A stretch of DNA of 64,000 bases from Vulcanimicrobiota bacterium (GCA_963805945.1 CAWDVP010000002.1:32001-96000); one strand, 5' to 3'; counted from the stretch's first letter, positions 18,528 through 29,699 are shown. Made by a program: numbers and translations. The notes: generated by a model from the letters alone, not told the origin.

Positions 18528-19415
18528 ATGATGACCTCGGAAGAGCTCTATCTCGACATGATGAAGCGCTGTTTGACGCGAGCGCTCTTCCGCGACACGC
18601 GCGTTCCGCCGCGCGCGCTGATGCACCGGTTCCTCGCCGCCGTCGTTCGCTGGTTGCGAGCGTTCGCGGTTCCGCTCTACGTGCGGCTCCTGCGCGTCGG
18701 ACCGCTCAGCTCGGCCGCGGCAACCGTCCAGGGCCCGCTTCGGCGCGCACTCGTGAGGCTTGCTCCGCCGGATCGACATGAGCTCGAGGAGGGCATGACG
18801 TGGCCCGAGGATGCTGAGACGATGATCGGCCCGAGGCGTCTGACGAATATCCAGTCGTGCGTGACGGAGGTGCTGCGAGCCGACGTGCCCGGCGATCTCT
18901 TGGAGGCGGGCGTGTGGCGAGGTGGCGCTGTCATCTTCATGCGCGCCGTGCTCGAGGCATACGGCGATCGATCGCGCCTCGTGTGGGCCGCTGATTCCTT
19001 CAGCGGGCTCCCGCGACCGGACGCGCCGCTCGCTCCGGCGGACACCGGCGACGTCCTCTTCGCCTTTCGCGAGCTCGCGGTCCCGCTCGACGTCGTCCAG
19101 GACAATTTCCGGCGCTATGGGCTGCTGGACGATCGCGTGCGATTCCTCAAGGGATGGTTCCGCGACACGCTTCCCGCAGCGCCTATCTCTCGCTTAGCGG
19201 TGCTCCGCATCGACGGAGATCTGTACGAGTCGACCATGGACGCGTTAAGAGCGCTCTATCCCAAGCTCTCGATTGGCGGCTTCGTCATCATCGACGACTA
19301 TGGGAATCTCCCGGGCTGCCGCGCGGCAGTTGAAGATTATCGACGAGATCTCTCGATAGCGGATCCGATCGAGTGGGTGGACTGGACCGCGGTCTTCTGG
19401 CGCAAGCTGGCCTAG
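18528..19415 (+). CDS. TylF/MycF/NovP-family sugar O-methyltransferase
   Basis: AETMIG, VPGDLLEAGVWRGG, ADSFSGLP, KGWFRDTLP, LRIDGDLYEST, IIDDY. Confidence 0.93.
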   Translation: MMTSEELYLDMMKRCLTRALFRDTRVPPRALMHRFLAAVVRWLRAFAVPLYVRLLRVGPLSSAAATVQGPLRRALVRLAPPDRHELEEGMTWPEDAETMIGPRRLTNIQSCVTEVLRADVPGDLLEAGVWRGGAVIFMRAVLEAYGDRSRLVWAADSFSGLPRPDAPLAPADTGDVLFAFRELAVPLDVVQDNFRRYGLLDDRVRFLKGWFRDTLPAAPISRLAVLRIDGDLYESTMDALRALYPKLSIGGFVIIDDYGNLPGCRAAVEDYRRDLSIADPIEWVDWTAVFWRKLA

Positions 19416-20101
19416 TCGGCGACCGCCTGCACGAATATATTGCACATCCCGGTGCGTTCGGTCAAGAACTCTCCCTCACGATGCCGCTCGATCAGGCTCT
19501 TCAAAGGCGGTTCTGACCTGAGCAGCCATTTGAAGGCGTACAGCGTGATGTTGCCCCACAGCTCCCACAATCCGCCGCGTACGGTCGACGTGACGGTGCG
19601 GAAACCAGCCTCGGCCATGAGCGCTACGATGCGATCGCGCGAGTAGTGGCGATGACCGAAATACCACGCCGGGTCCAGCACGGTGGATACCGGGTGGGCG
19701 AAGGGCGTGGAGAGGATGAGCCATCCTCCGCGCTTTAGCACCCGGCGCACCTCTTTGAGCGCGGCGATCTCGCTGTGCCGAGGGACGTGCTCGATCACTT
19801 CGAACATCACAGCACCGTCGAACGTCGCGTCCGCGAACGGCAGCGAGAACACGGAGGCGGCGATATAGTCCGCCTGCGGTGCGTTGCGTCTGGCTTGCTC
19901 GATCGTCGCTTCCTCGAGGTCGACGGCGGAGATCGCGGTATCGAGCCGACCCGTCGCACAGAAATTCGAACCACCCGCTCGCGCACCCGACGTCGAGGAC
20001 CCGCTGAGCCGCGGGTTGCGCAGCAGCGAGGCGCACGCTGAGCTCGTGACGAGCGGTGAGCCGCTCGCTTACGGCGTCGGAGTACGGCTTCAGACAGGCA
20101 T
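19412..20101 (-). CDS. Class I SAM-dependent methyltransferase (frameshifted)
   Basis: RVLDVGCASGW in one frame; LPFADATFD..FEVIEHV..RVLKRGG..STP in the next. Confidence 0.75.
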
Positions 20102-20109
20102 CCCGGGCG

Positions 20110-20847
20110 TCACGCGCCGGGCGGCCGCCAGCCGCGCTGCTCTGCGACCAGCTTGTTCGCGAGGAAGTAGCTCTCGAACGTCCCCGCATCGGTCCACCAG
20201 CCCTCAAGGACGTCGAACGCGAGGTCTCCCCGCTCGAGGTACGCATTGTTGACGTCGGTGATCTCCAACTCGCCACGTTGGCTCGGCACGAGATGCCGGC
20301 AGAACTCATACACGGCATTGTCGTACATGTACACCCCGGTCACGGCATACGGGCTCTGCGGTCGAGCGGGCTTCTCCTCTATGCGCACGATGCGGCCGTC
20401 GTGCATGACCGGCACGCCGAACCGTTGCGGGTCAGGCACATGCTTGAGCAGCAGCCGCGCACCAGACGGCTGCTGCTCGAATGCCCGGACGTGCGGCGTG
20501 ATATCGGCTTCGAGCACATTATCCCCGAGGATGACGACGACGCGCTGCCCTTCGGAGAAGTGCTCGGTGAGCCGAAGCGCGTCGGCGATGCCGCCATCGC
20601 CTTCCTGGTACGTGTACGAGATATCCCTAAGGCCGAACTCCTTGCCATTGCCGAGCAGTCGCAGGAAGTCGCCCGCGCTTGTGCCGCCGGTGACGATCAT
20701 GATGTCCGTGATGCCGGCGCGCACGAGGGTCTGGATCGGATAGAAGATCATCGGCCGATCGTACACCGGCAACAGATGTTTGTTCGACACACGGGTGAGC
20801 GGCAACATCCGAGACCCGGAACCGCCGGCCAAGACGACGCCCTTCAT
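20110..20847 (-). CDS. rmlA: Glucose-1-phosphate thymidylyltransferase (short form)
   Basis: GVVLAGGSGSRMLPLT, NKHLLPVYDRPMI, EEKP, RGELEITD, WTDAGT. Confidence 0.92.
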   Translation of the reverse strand: MKGVVLAGGSGSRMLPLTRVSNKHLLPVYDRPMIFYPIQTLVRAGITDIMIVTGGTSAGDFLRLLGNGKEFGLRDISYTYQEGDGGIADALRLTEHFSEGQRVVVILGDNVLEADITPHVRAFEQQPSGARLLLKHVPDPQRFGVPVMHDGRIVRIEEKPARPQSPYAVTGVYMYDNAVYEFCRHLVPSQRGELEITDVNNAYLERGDLAFDVLEGWWTDAGTFESYFLANKLVAEQRGWRPPGA

Positions 20848-21857
20848 CGCGGCTCCGGCATGGAATACTGACGACGATAGTACGCCGCGAACTCGCCCTC
20901 AAGGATCGGACGCCACCACGTCTCGTTGTCGCGGTACCACCCGACTGACTGCGCGAGCCCGGTCGCGAGGTCCATCTGCGGCGACCAACCAAGCGACCGC
21001 AGTTTCGAACAATCAAGCGCATAGCGGCGATCGTGGCCCGGCCTATCCGCCACGTAGCGGACGCGTTGCGCGGCGTCGAGCCCGAGCAGCGAGCATAAGC
21101 TCCGCGTCATCTCCAGGTTCGTGCAACCGCTGTCTGGACCAGCGTTGTAGATCTCGCCGACGCTTCCTTGGATCAGCGCGTGCTCGATGGCGCGGCAGTG
21201 GTCATCGACGTGGAGCCATTCGCGCTCGTTGAGCCCATCGCCGTAAAGCGGGACCTGCTTACCGTCCATCAGGTTGATCACGAAAAGCGGCACGAGCTTC
21301 TCCGGGTGCTGGTACGGTCCGTATGTGTTGGAGCCGCGCGTGATGATCGCGGGGAGGCCATACGTCTGGACATAGGCGAGCACGAGCATATCGGCGCTCG
21401 CTTTGCTGGCGGCATACGGGCTGCGCGGCGCGAGCGGCGCATCTTCGCGCGATCGCCCCTGCGCGACGCTGCCGTACACCTCATCGGTCGAGACCTGCAA
21501 GAAACGGCTCACGCCGTGCTCCCGCGCGGCCTCTAACAAGACATGCACGCCCATCACATCGGTCCGCAAGAACACCGCCGGGTCCGTGATGCTGCGGTCC
21601 ACATGCGTTTCCGCAGCGAAGTTGACGATCGCATCGACTCCCGCGCCGATCGCCGCGCGCACGTCGGCTGAATCGCAGACATCACCACGCACGAAGCGAT
21701 AGCGCGTGTCGTCTTCGATGTCGTGAAGATTGCGTTCGTCACCCGCATAGGTCAATGCGTCGAGATTGACGATGCTCCAGTCCTTGTGGCGGACGAGCGC
21801 GGACCGGATGAAGTTCGAGCCTATGAAGCCGCAGCCGCCGGTGATCAACAAGCGCAT
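20844..21857 (-). CDS. rmlB: dTDP-glucose 4,6-dehydratase
   Basis: TGGCGFIGSNF, DALTYAG, FAAETHVDRSI, VSTDEVYG, PYAASKA, DRPGHDRRY. Confidence 0.95.
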   Translation of the reverse strand: MRLLITGGCGFIGSNFIRSALVRHKDWSIVNLDALTYAGDERNLHDIEDDTRYRFVRGDVCDSADVRAAIGAGVDAIVNFAAETHVDRSITDPAVFLRTDVMGVHVLLEAAREHGVSRFLQVSTDEVYGSVAQGRSREDAPLAPRSPYAASKASADMLVLAYVQTYGLPAIITRGSNTYGPYQHPEKLVPLFVINLMDGKQVPLYGDGLNEREWLHVDDHCRAIEHALIQGSVGEIYNAGPDSGCTNLEMTRSLCSLLGLDAAQRVRYVADRPGHDRRYALDCSKLRSLGWSPQMDLATGLAQSVGWYRDNETWWRPILEGEFAAYYRRQYSMPEPR

Positions 21858-21872
21858 CGATCGCAGACCGTT

Positions 21873-22802
21873 CTATGCCGACCGGCGCAGCACGAACGCT
21901 GCTTGATCGCCGTCGTGCCGGAGGTTGAGCAGCCACGCTCTGATCACCCACGCGCCGGCGACGGAGCGGGCGAGGCGGAGCAGCGCGTTCCACGCGCCGC
22001 CGGCCTTCGGCGTGCTCCCGTGAGCATAGTCCTCGCTGCCGGAGAACTGGAACGTCGTCGAGTCGTATGTGATGCTCTCGACCGCGAGGCCGGCGCACTC
22101 CGCGCATGCGCACAAACCGCGCTGGGAGAACAGCGTGAGATGCCGAGGCGCGTCGAGCTGGACCCAGAAGCGGCCGTACCGTCTCCACGCGTAGCCGACG
22201 ATCGGGGTGCGCACCACCAGTCGCCCGCTTGGCGCGAGGCGGCTCCTAGCGGCCGAAAGCACCGCGACCGGATCCTCGACATGCTCGAGCACGTGGTTGA
22301 GCGCGACGATGTCAAAGTCTCCTTCGACGTCGTCGACCTGTCCACGGATGACCCGTAGCGAGCCCCATGGTCCCTTGATCTCGCTTGATCGCGGCGTGCC
22401 GTATGGGTCGACGCCCGTGAGGTCGCGCATGCCGAGATCGCGTAAGCGCTCCAACATGCGTCCGGTGCCGCAGCCGACGTCGAGTATCCGGTCGGACGCC
22501 GCGCTCGCGCCGCGCAAGCCGAACCCCCACCGCCCATCGAGCGGCGAGACGAGCGGAGCATATCGATCGTACGCGATGCGCAGCGCTCTCACGAGGGGCT
22601 TGAAGCGAGCGGACGCCGCGCTCTCGATATGCTGATAGTAGCGCTCCGGATAATATCGCGCGGCGTCGGGCGGATCCAGCAGCGTCAGCGAACCGCACGC
22701 CGCGCACTCCTGGTATGCGAAACCTTCGCCGGTGCCGAGGAGCATCTCGCACGCCGTGTGCGTGGCGCGCACGGAGATCGCGCCACAAGCCCGACAATTC
22801 AC
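21873..22802 (-). CDS. Class I SAM-dependent methyltransferase with N-terminal Zn-ribbon
   Basis: CRAC...CAACG, ILDVGCGTG, HVLEHVEDP, DAPRHL. Confidence 0.85.
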   Translation of the reverse strand: MNCRACGAISVRATHTACEMLLGTGEGFAYQECAACGSLTLLDPPDAARYYPERYYQHIESAASARFKPLVRALRIAYDRYAPLVSPLDGRWGFGLRGASAASDRILDVGCGTGRMLERLRDLGMRDLTGVDPYGTPRSSEIKGPWGSLRVIRGQVDDVEGDFDIVALNHVLEHVEDPVAVLSAARSRLAPSGRLVVRTPIVGYAWRRYGRFWVQLDAPRHLTLFSQRGLCACAECAGLAVESITYDSTTFQFSGSEDYAHGSTPKAGGAWNALLRLARSVAGAWVIRAWLLNLRHDGDQAAFVLRRSA

Positions 22803-24007
22803 GACGGCCCATTCAGGGGCAGCATCGCGAGGATGTTCTCTATGAAGAGGGTCGCCTCTTGTTCTCGGAGCCGGCTATCCCACGCGCCGGCTCTCGATGC
22901 GACCCTGCTCGCCCACCTGCCGTCGCAGCGCCTCGTCGTCGAGCAGCCGCAAGACTTGCCCGGCAAAAGCCTCCTCGTCGCCGATCGGCGCCTTCAGAGC
23001 GCCGCGCGGATACGTGACGCGCAGCGGCGGCAGATCGAACATCACCGCGGGAAGCCCGCACGCGAGCGCCTCTGCCGCCGCCATGCCGGAGTTGTCGTAC
23101 ACGCTCGTGTGCAAGAAGACGCGTGAAGCGCGGAGCATGTCGTACTTACGCGGCCCCTCGAGGAATCCGAACCATTCGACGGAGCCGACGATGTCGAGGG
23201 TCGCGAGCCAGACGCCGCAGTCGCCGCTCGTAACCGGGATCGCCGACGCCGATGATCGCGAGTCGCGACGCCGGTCTGCGGTCGAGCACGCGCCGCCAGA
23301 TCCGCAAGAGCCGTTCGAGGCCCTTTCTGCGGATGCAGACGGCCGACGAACACCGCATCGTAGCGCGGCGCGACGTCCGCTTCGGTGATGTGATCGAAAT
23401 GGATGACACCGTAGACCGCGTGCAGCCGCTCACGCGGGTATCGGCGACGGACGAACTCCCCCGCGTCCACTTCGTTCGTGATCATATTCCCATCGGCTCT
23501 GAGCACCGCAGGGAGCACGACGAGCCGTTGGTACGAATAGAACGCGGCGAGGCGCAGGTCGAGCCGGCGTGTCAACGTGCGGCTGTAGTGCCCTTCATAG
23601 CCGAACGCCGGGTGCGGCACGAAGAGATAGACGCAGCCTATCCAGCGCGACGCGTGACCCTCGTCGCGCATCCGCCTCGCGAGCAGCAGGTCGGGTATGT
23701 AATCGCTCGCGGAATACGCGACATCGAATCGCTCGTTTCCGAGGTCCGCCTTTCGTGCCTCTCTCCACAGCTGGCTGTGCGCTTTGACGAGCCCGAAGCG
23801 AGGGATGCTCGCCTGCGAGACGATCCGAAAACGCACGCCTTCCACGCCATATTCGCGGAACGAACGTTCGCCATCCGGCGTCGTCAGGACGCAGACGTCG
23901 ATTCCCCGCGCCGCCCACGATCGCGCGAACTCAAGCGCGATCTTCGTGCTCCCGCCCATCGTGCCGGGCGGCGATATCATCGTCGCGGCGATCGCGATGC
24001 TCCTCAT
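22799..24007 (-). CDS. GT4 glycosyltransferase (several frameshifts)
   Basis: MGGSTKI; FVGRLHPQKG; GLERLLRIW..LAIIG; SVYDNSGMAAAEALACGLP, in successive frames. Confidence 0.78.
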
Positions 24008-26361
24008 CGACCGGCTTGCTTCGGCCGGGGGAGGAACACCAGTCCGGCCGCTAAGCAGCACAGGACCACGAGCGAGAGCACCTGCAGCACGGCGTACGCG
24101 CCGGCGGGTCTGTAGATGAGCGACACACGCCGCGGCGCGTCCTCCGGAACGAGCCAGCCGTTGAGAAAACCGTCGATCGGCAGATGGCGCCAGCCGAGCT
24201 CTTTGCCATCGGCCTTGACCACCCAGCCGGTCGAATAGCTCGAGTGAAGCACGAGCACCCGCGCATGTGGTGAGAAGGTGACGTCATATCGCGTCGCGCT
24301 TCTCTTCTCGCTCTGCGCCGGCTCCTGCGTGAGCCCGCCGCCATCTCGAACGACGACCCGCACAGCCCCGGTTCTGCGGTTCGTCGGCACTGCGGACAGC
24401 TTCACCAGATCGCCGGGCACGGCGGAGCTATCTCCGATCGTCCATGGGACCTCGCCGGCCAGATCGGATGAGAGCAGCAAGTTCTGCGGGTTCTCGCCTT
24501 GCCACAGCGCGAGGCCGTTATACGCCGAGACGTCGCCGTGGCGGGTGGCGACGCGGTACAGGTCGAGCTTGCCAAACGTCCCCGCCTTTTGCACTCCGGC
24601 TTGATGCGAGAGGAAGCTTCGTATCTGCTTCGGTGACAAGATGGCTCGGTATGGCCTTGACCAGGTGACGTCGTTTCGCTGCAGGATCCACCCGACGCCG
24701 AGGGCTGAGAGCAGCGGAGCCACCCGCACGCGCGAGCCCTGGCGGATCGCGTTGACCAAGTAGCCGAACTGCGGGCGCAGCGTGGGCGCACCGCTCACGT
24801 AATTGTAGGTCACCGGCGACACGAAGAGGACCGGTCGCTGGATCAAAGTCGGAGCGACACCATCCGCGCCGTAATACCCCCAGTCATAAGGCATCTGATA
24901 GAAATCGTTGTTCGGCAGCTGCAGGACCCGCGAGTCGTCCGGCTGCGCGTTCAAGAAATCGGCCGCCTCCTCCCAATAATGCGGCACGATCACCGCAGAC
25001 CTGGCATCGCCGTTCAGCCACCACTTCGGGATGAAGTCGCCGCTGAGAAATGCCCATCCATTGCTGAGCAGGAGGAGCATGAGCCCGAAGCCTGCCGTGG
25101 CGCCCACGACGATCGCGCGTCGGTTCTCCACACCGCGAGATCGAAGAACGCGCACGGCCAGCGAGACGAGCTGCGCGAGTCCGACGCCGGCGAGCACGAA
25201 GATGGCCAGGTAGAGCGTGATGTTCGTCGCCTCTTGCGGGTCTCGGAAGAGCCAATACAAAGGCAGCTTGGCATACAAAAAGGCGTTGATCCCGCCCAAG
25301 GGCGGGTGATAGCCCTTCCCGATGAACACGCTCACGCAGATGATCGCGAACAGCAGCCACGTCCGCCGTCTGTTCGGAGTCAGCACAAGACCGACACACG
25401 CGAAAGCCGCCGGCGCGTACAGAGCGAGATAATTGAAACCCGCGAGATAGGGACCCGCCCAGGGGAAGTATTCAGGCCGTGGGTACGACCATACCGCCTG
25501 CATCGAGAGCAGGTTCTGGATGCTCGCGCGTTGGTCGACCCAACTCCATGCCGCTGGGTCAGCGAACGTCTGGACGGCCGATCCTCCGCTTGCGAACAAC
25601 GTCAGATAGGCGGCATACGCCCACCAGCCGTTCACCGCGACCGCCGCTGTGACGCCCAGCAGAAGACCTGCCCACGTCTGAGAGAAGTTGCGCCAGTAGA
25701 GCCAACCGCCGAGCAGCCACGATAGCGCCCACAGGATCTCGTACACAGCGATAGGCGGCGCGGTCGCCAGCACCAAGAAGCCGAGACTGAGAAGACCGAT
25801 TTCGACCGCAAACCGGAGCGACGTGGTCGGCTCGCGCAAGCGCCGCATCAGGAACGCCGCGGACAAGGGGAAGTAGCCCAGCGCGAACAGGACGATCGGG
25901 CTGTGGAGCGTGAGCGCGGAGTAGAACGACAACGGGAGCGCTGTGCCGGCGACCAGAGCGACGAGCTTGCTTTCGGGGAAGAGCGTCCGCGCGAAGAAGA
26001 CAACGCTCAATCCCTCGAACAACAGGAGCGCGAGCGTCATCAGCCATTGCGTCGTCGGGCCGCTGATCCCGAGCCGAAGCCACAACTGCCCCCACAAGGA
26101 GAACACAAAAGTGCTCGGGGCGTACAGCGGCGACCCCATGCCTGTGAAAGCGTTCCCCCAGAGCTGGAGGCTCCTTTCCAGCGCGTGGTTTCCCGGCATC
26201 GCGTACAGCGGATAGATGTCGCCCCAAGCGAGATAGCCGTCGCGCGGGATGTCGATGAGCGCGGCCACGGTCACGACGATCGCGACGACTGCGTACACCG
26301 GGCCATCGCTCTCGAGAAATCGTGCGATGGTGCGCGGCAGACGGTCCGAGATCATCTTCAT
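24004..26361 (-). CDS. Large multi-TM GT-C-like protein (AftD/DUF3367/YfhO-like), copy 2
   Basis: N-terminal WGD motif, more than 10 TM segments, LFRDP, PHYWEEAADFL, RVLQLP, LGVGWILQRND, C-terminal HLPIDGFLNGWLV plus TM and basic tail. Confidence 0.7.
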   Translation of the reverse strand: MKMISDRLPRTIARFLESDGPVYAVVAIVVTVAALIDIPRDGYLAWGDIYPLYAMPGNHALERSLQLWGNAFTGMGSPLYAPSTFVFSLWGQLWLRLGISGPTTQWLMTLALLLFEGLSVVFFARTLFPESKLVALVAGTALPLSFYSALTLHSPIVLFALGYFPLSAAFLMRRLREPTTSLRFAVEIGLLSLGFLVLATAPPIAVYEILWALSWLLGGWLYWRNFSQTWAGLLLGVTAAVAVNGWWAYAAYLTLFASGGSAVQTFADPAAWSWVDQRASIQNLLSMQAVWSYPRPEYFPWAGPYLAGFNYLALYAPAAFACVGLVLTPNRRRTWLLFAIICVSVFIGKGYHPPLGGINAFLYAKLPLYWLFRDPQEATNITLYLAIFVLAGVGLAQLVSLAVRVLRSRGVENRRAIVVGATAGFGLMLLLLSNGWAFLSGDFIPKWWLNGDARSAVIVPHYWEEAADFLNAQPDDSRVLQLPNNDFYQMPYDWGYYGADGVAPTLIQRPVLFVSPVTYNYVSGAPTLRPQFGYLVNAIRQGSRVRVAPLLSALGVGWILQRNDVTWSRPYRAILSPKQIRSFLSHQAGVQKAGTFGKLDLYRVATRHGDVSAYNGLALWQGENPQNLLLSSDLAGEVPWTIGDSSAVPGDLVKLSAVPTNRRTGAVRVVVRDGGGLTQEPAQSEKRSATRYDVTFSPHARVLVLHSSYSTGWVVKADGKELGWRHLPIDGFLNGWLVPEDAPRRVSLIYRPAGAYAVLQVLSLVVLCCLAAGLVFLPRPKQAGR

Positions 26362-28663
26362 CTGGAGCTCGCGCTCCTCCGACGGCAGCGTCCAGATGAG
26401 GGCGAACAGCCATATCGCTCCGATCGCCTGCGCGATCGTCTGGACGAGCGCCACCCACTCGACGAGCCAGACCGACGCGAGCACGCCGCGTCGAGGGAGC
26501 AGCCAGCCGTTCACGCTGCCGTCGAGGCGCAGGTGTACGAACGACTTTGATGCGCCCCAGGCCAGCCAATGCTCATCATAGCGCGAGTTATACCTCAATG
26601 CAGCGGGCTGGCCGGCGGCCACCTCCGTTCGTAGCAGCCACGGTGCGAATTGTCTGGCAGGGACCGGGATATAGGGCACCGCCTCGACGGCTGGCCGCAG
26701 GCCTGACGGCACTCTGCCTTCGAGCGCCACAACGCACAAACCGCGACAGCGAACGCGCGCGACATCCGATGGGATAGGAATCCAGCGGTATCCGGCGGTG
26801 CTCGCCGTCAGCATACTCCCTTCTTCTGTGAGCAGTGCACCCCGCACGAACACGAGCGCCGAATCGCCCGCCGGAGAGCGTCAAGAGTTCGGACGAGCTT
26901 GTCGTGAGGGCGCCGCCGAAAGGTTGGCCGAGCTCCGGATCAGCCGCGAACCCAAGCCTCGCATCGACCCAGCCGTCGGTCGCGTGCACAAATCTGTTCC
27001 CAGGAACGACCGTTCGCGGGCGCTCGAACCCGCCCCACTCGACGGGAACACCCTCGCCACGCAGCCCAGCGACATCGCCGAAGAAGACATCGCCCGCACC
27101 TGGGTCGCTGGGTATCGACTGCGCCGAGGGCGTTGGTATCAATGAGACCTCCGGCAGCGCCGGTATCGTCACGGAGAAAGGATGCCGCTCCCAGTCGGAG
27201 GTCGCTTGCAGCGGCGCGAGCGCGAGTTGCTCCGACAGCTCTCGGCTCGCCGAACTATACCACGGACGGTTTGATATCTCCGACACGCTGAGGTTCGCGA
27301 GCGGGCGCCAGTCTTTCGTGCGCTGATAGCGCGCCAGCGCGACGTCCTCAGGCCACGCAGGGACCTCTTCATTGATAGATACGACCGACTCTGCGCGGAC
27401 GCTCGAATCCGGATCCAATCCGGCGAATCGATCCCCATAGCGTAACGGTTGGAAGGGCGGCATCAGGGCGAAACGCGTGAGCGGCGGTGCGAGACTCGGT
27501 ATTGCCGGCAGTGTGCCGCGGTTCGCCCATTGGCGCGCCGGCGAGAACGCGGTCCAACCGGCGATGAGGATGAGCGCTGCCGCGCACAGCATCGATAGCA
27601 GCACGACGTGACGAGTCGCGGCGACCGCGCACAAGACGAGATATCCGATCGCGACATAGGCGATCAGGTCGTAGAGCTCGCGGTAGAGCCCGAGCGCTGG
27701 TACGTTCGTCAGAGCTCCCGCGAAAGCGCCGGCCGCCGGCCCGCGCAATCCCATCGCCGCCACGAGCATGAATGCGGTCGCCGCGCCGACCGCGACGATT
27801 CGCCGCGATCGCCAGGCGAGCACAAGGCCTGCGAGAGCGACCGCGACGACCAATGAGATAGCGATGACCCCGAGCTTGTCGAAGCCAAGGGTGTACTTAG
27901 CGAAGTAGCCGCTGAGAAGCAGCGCGGAGACGGGGGCCACGGATTGCGTCTGCTCCCAGGTCAAAGTGACAGGGGTCGCGCCGAACTCCTTTGCTCGGAA
28001 GATCACTCCCAACAGGATCGGGGCCCCCATGACGGCCCATGTCGCAACCGGCAACCACATCCTTTCGCGGAACACCAGGGCGATGGCGACGAGCAGCGCC
28101 GGCAAGAAGAACTGCAGTTGCGGAAGCGTGAACGCGACCGCGAGCGCGCAGATCTCCGGCCGCGGCTTCTCTCGCATCGCCTCTGAGAGCAGGGCCATGG
28201 TCGCCGCGTAGGCGACGATCATCGGCAGGTGGCCGGCGACGACTTTCGTGTACACCCACGGATTGAACAACGCGAACGCGGCGGCGGCGTTCGCCGCGAT
28301 CTCCTCGCAGCCCACGGTGATGGCTAGCCTGCGCGCCGCGAGCAGGGTCGCCAACCCGATGGCGAACTCGAACGCGAACAGCGTCGGATACGGGCCGATC
28401 ACCGCGCCTATGGGCGCCAGCAGCACGACGAGCACGTAGTTGTTCACGAACGGACCGGCACTGCCGATGCCCTGCTCGCTCCAACCGCTGATCGCGTTGA
28501 GGAAGGGCCAATAGTAATCCGGCCAGTTCCAGTCGTGCCGCAAGGCGGGCACGCCGTTGCTCGTGGTGATGAGCGTGAAATAGACGGCGAGGACGAGCGG
28601 AATCGCAAGCCATCGGAACCGCAGTGCGCCGGAACGGAAAGTGGAGAGCTGCGGATTCATCAT
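26358..28663 (-). CDS. Large multi-TM GT-C-like protein (AftD/DUF3367-like), copy 1; probable single-base insertions near 26868 and 26384
   Basis: RHDW, FALFNPWVY..AGH, LYRELYD, C-terminal HLRLDGSVNGWLL plus TM. The repaired 3' end gives WTLRRRSASSR* with an ATGA overlap. Confidence 0.65.
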
Positions 28664-28693
28664 GCGCACAGAGATTCGACACTTTTGCGGTAC

Positions 28694-29665
28694 TTGGTAG
28701 AAACCCCCCATGGGACGAATGCGCATGTCTCGCTCGCCGCGCCCAAAGGTCGCTTCTCGTGGGGGGCGGAAGCGGCGTGCATCGACGCCGCGGTACTGTT
28801 CAAAGCCATCGCCCGACCTCGAGTGATCGCGCTTGCGCTGCGCACACGGGGTTGGCGAGACGTGCTCGCGGCGTTCATGAGCGCGGACCCCCAGGCCATC
28901 ACGGCGATCATCCGCGATGTCAAGTCGAGGCTGCCGCCGACGCCGGATAATCTGCGTTCTTGGTACCGCGGCATTCGGTTCTTGCCCAGCGATGACGAAC
29001 GCTTCTACAAGGTCCGCGTGCCGACCGGTGAAGAGTTCCTTATCCGCGCGTCGCGCGGCTGGCAGGATCTCGGCGCCGTCTATGAGGTGTTCGTCGAGGG
29101 GATATATGCCGAGCATCCGCCGGTCGACGGCAAGACCGTCCTCGACATCGGCGCCAACATCGGCGACACCGCCGTGTACTTCGCGAAGCGCGGCGCGCGG
29201 GTCGTCGCATACGAGCCGGACCCCGAGATGAGCGAGCTCGCACGTCGTAACGTCGCGGGCAACGGACTGTGCGCCGACGTCCGCGACGCCGGCATCGGCG
29301 CCTCGAGTGAACCGCTCTCGCTTTCCGCGTCATCGGATGGAGCTGATGCGCTCTCGGTCACGCTCTTCCCGGGGAACGCTTCGGTCGATCCGCTGCGCGC
29401 GCGATCGCACCCGATCCGCGTGGTCGCGTTCGCCGAGGTGTTGACCGAGCTCGGCTCCGTCGACCTTTTGAAGATGGATTGTCAGGGCTGCGAGTATCCC
29501 GCGCTTGCCTCGCTGACAAGAACCGATATGCGGCGGATCAAGCATGTCGTGATGGAGTATCATGGCGAGAGCAGGGCGCTCGAAGACAAGCTGCGCGCGT
29601 GCGGCTTCTCGGTGCGCCTCAAAGGCGCGATGTACATGTACGCCGACCGCAGCGACGGGTCTTAA
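28694..29665 (+). CDS. FkbM-family methyltransferase (start uncertain)
   Basis: VLDIGANIGD, VVAYEPDP, LLKMDCQGCE, VMEYH. Confidence 0.85.
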   Translation: MVETPHGTNAHVSLAAPKGRFSWGAEAACIDAAVLFKAIARPRVIALALRTRGWRDVLAAFMSADPQAITAIIRDVKSRLPPTPDNLRSWYRGIRFLPSDDERFYKVRVPTGEEFLIRASRGWQDLGAVYEVFVEGIYAEHPPVDGKTVLDIGANIGDTAVYFAKRGARVVAYEPDPEMSELARRNVAGNGLCADVRDAGIGASSEPLSLSASSDGADALSVTLFPGNASVDPLRARSHPIRVVAFAEVLTELGSVDLLKMDCQGCEYPALASLTRTDMRRIKHVVMEYHGESRALEDKLRACGFSVRLKGAMYMYADRSDGS

Positions 29666-29699
29666 GGGTACGCCCGCGGCGCATCGGGAATAGACCGGC

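Noticed and set aside
24004..28663. Apparent ~1,550-aa fusion of two GT-C modules (no stop between them in ORF 24004-26853)
   Set aside because: Removing one base near 26384 gives TM-WTLRRRSASSR* with an ATGA overlap onto the next start. Two separate genes plus an indel error is more parsimonious.
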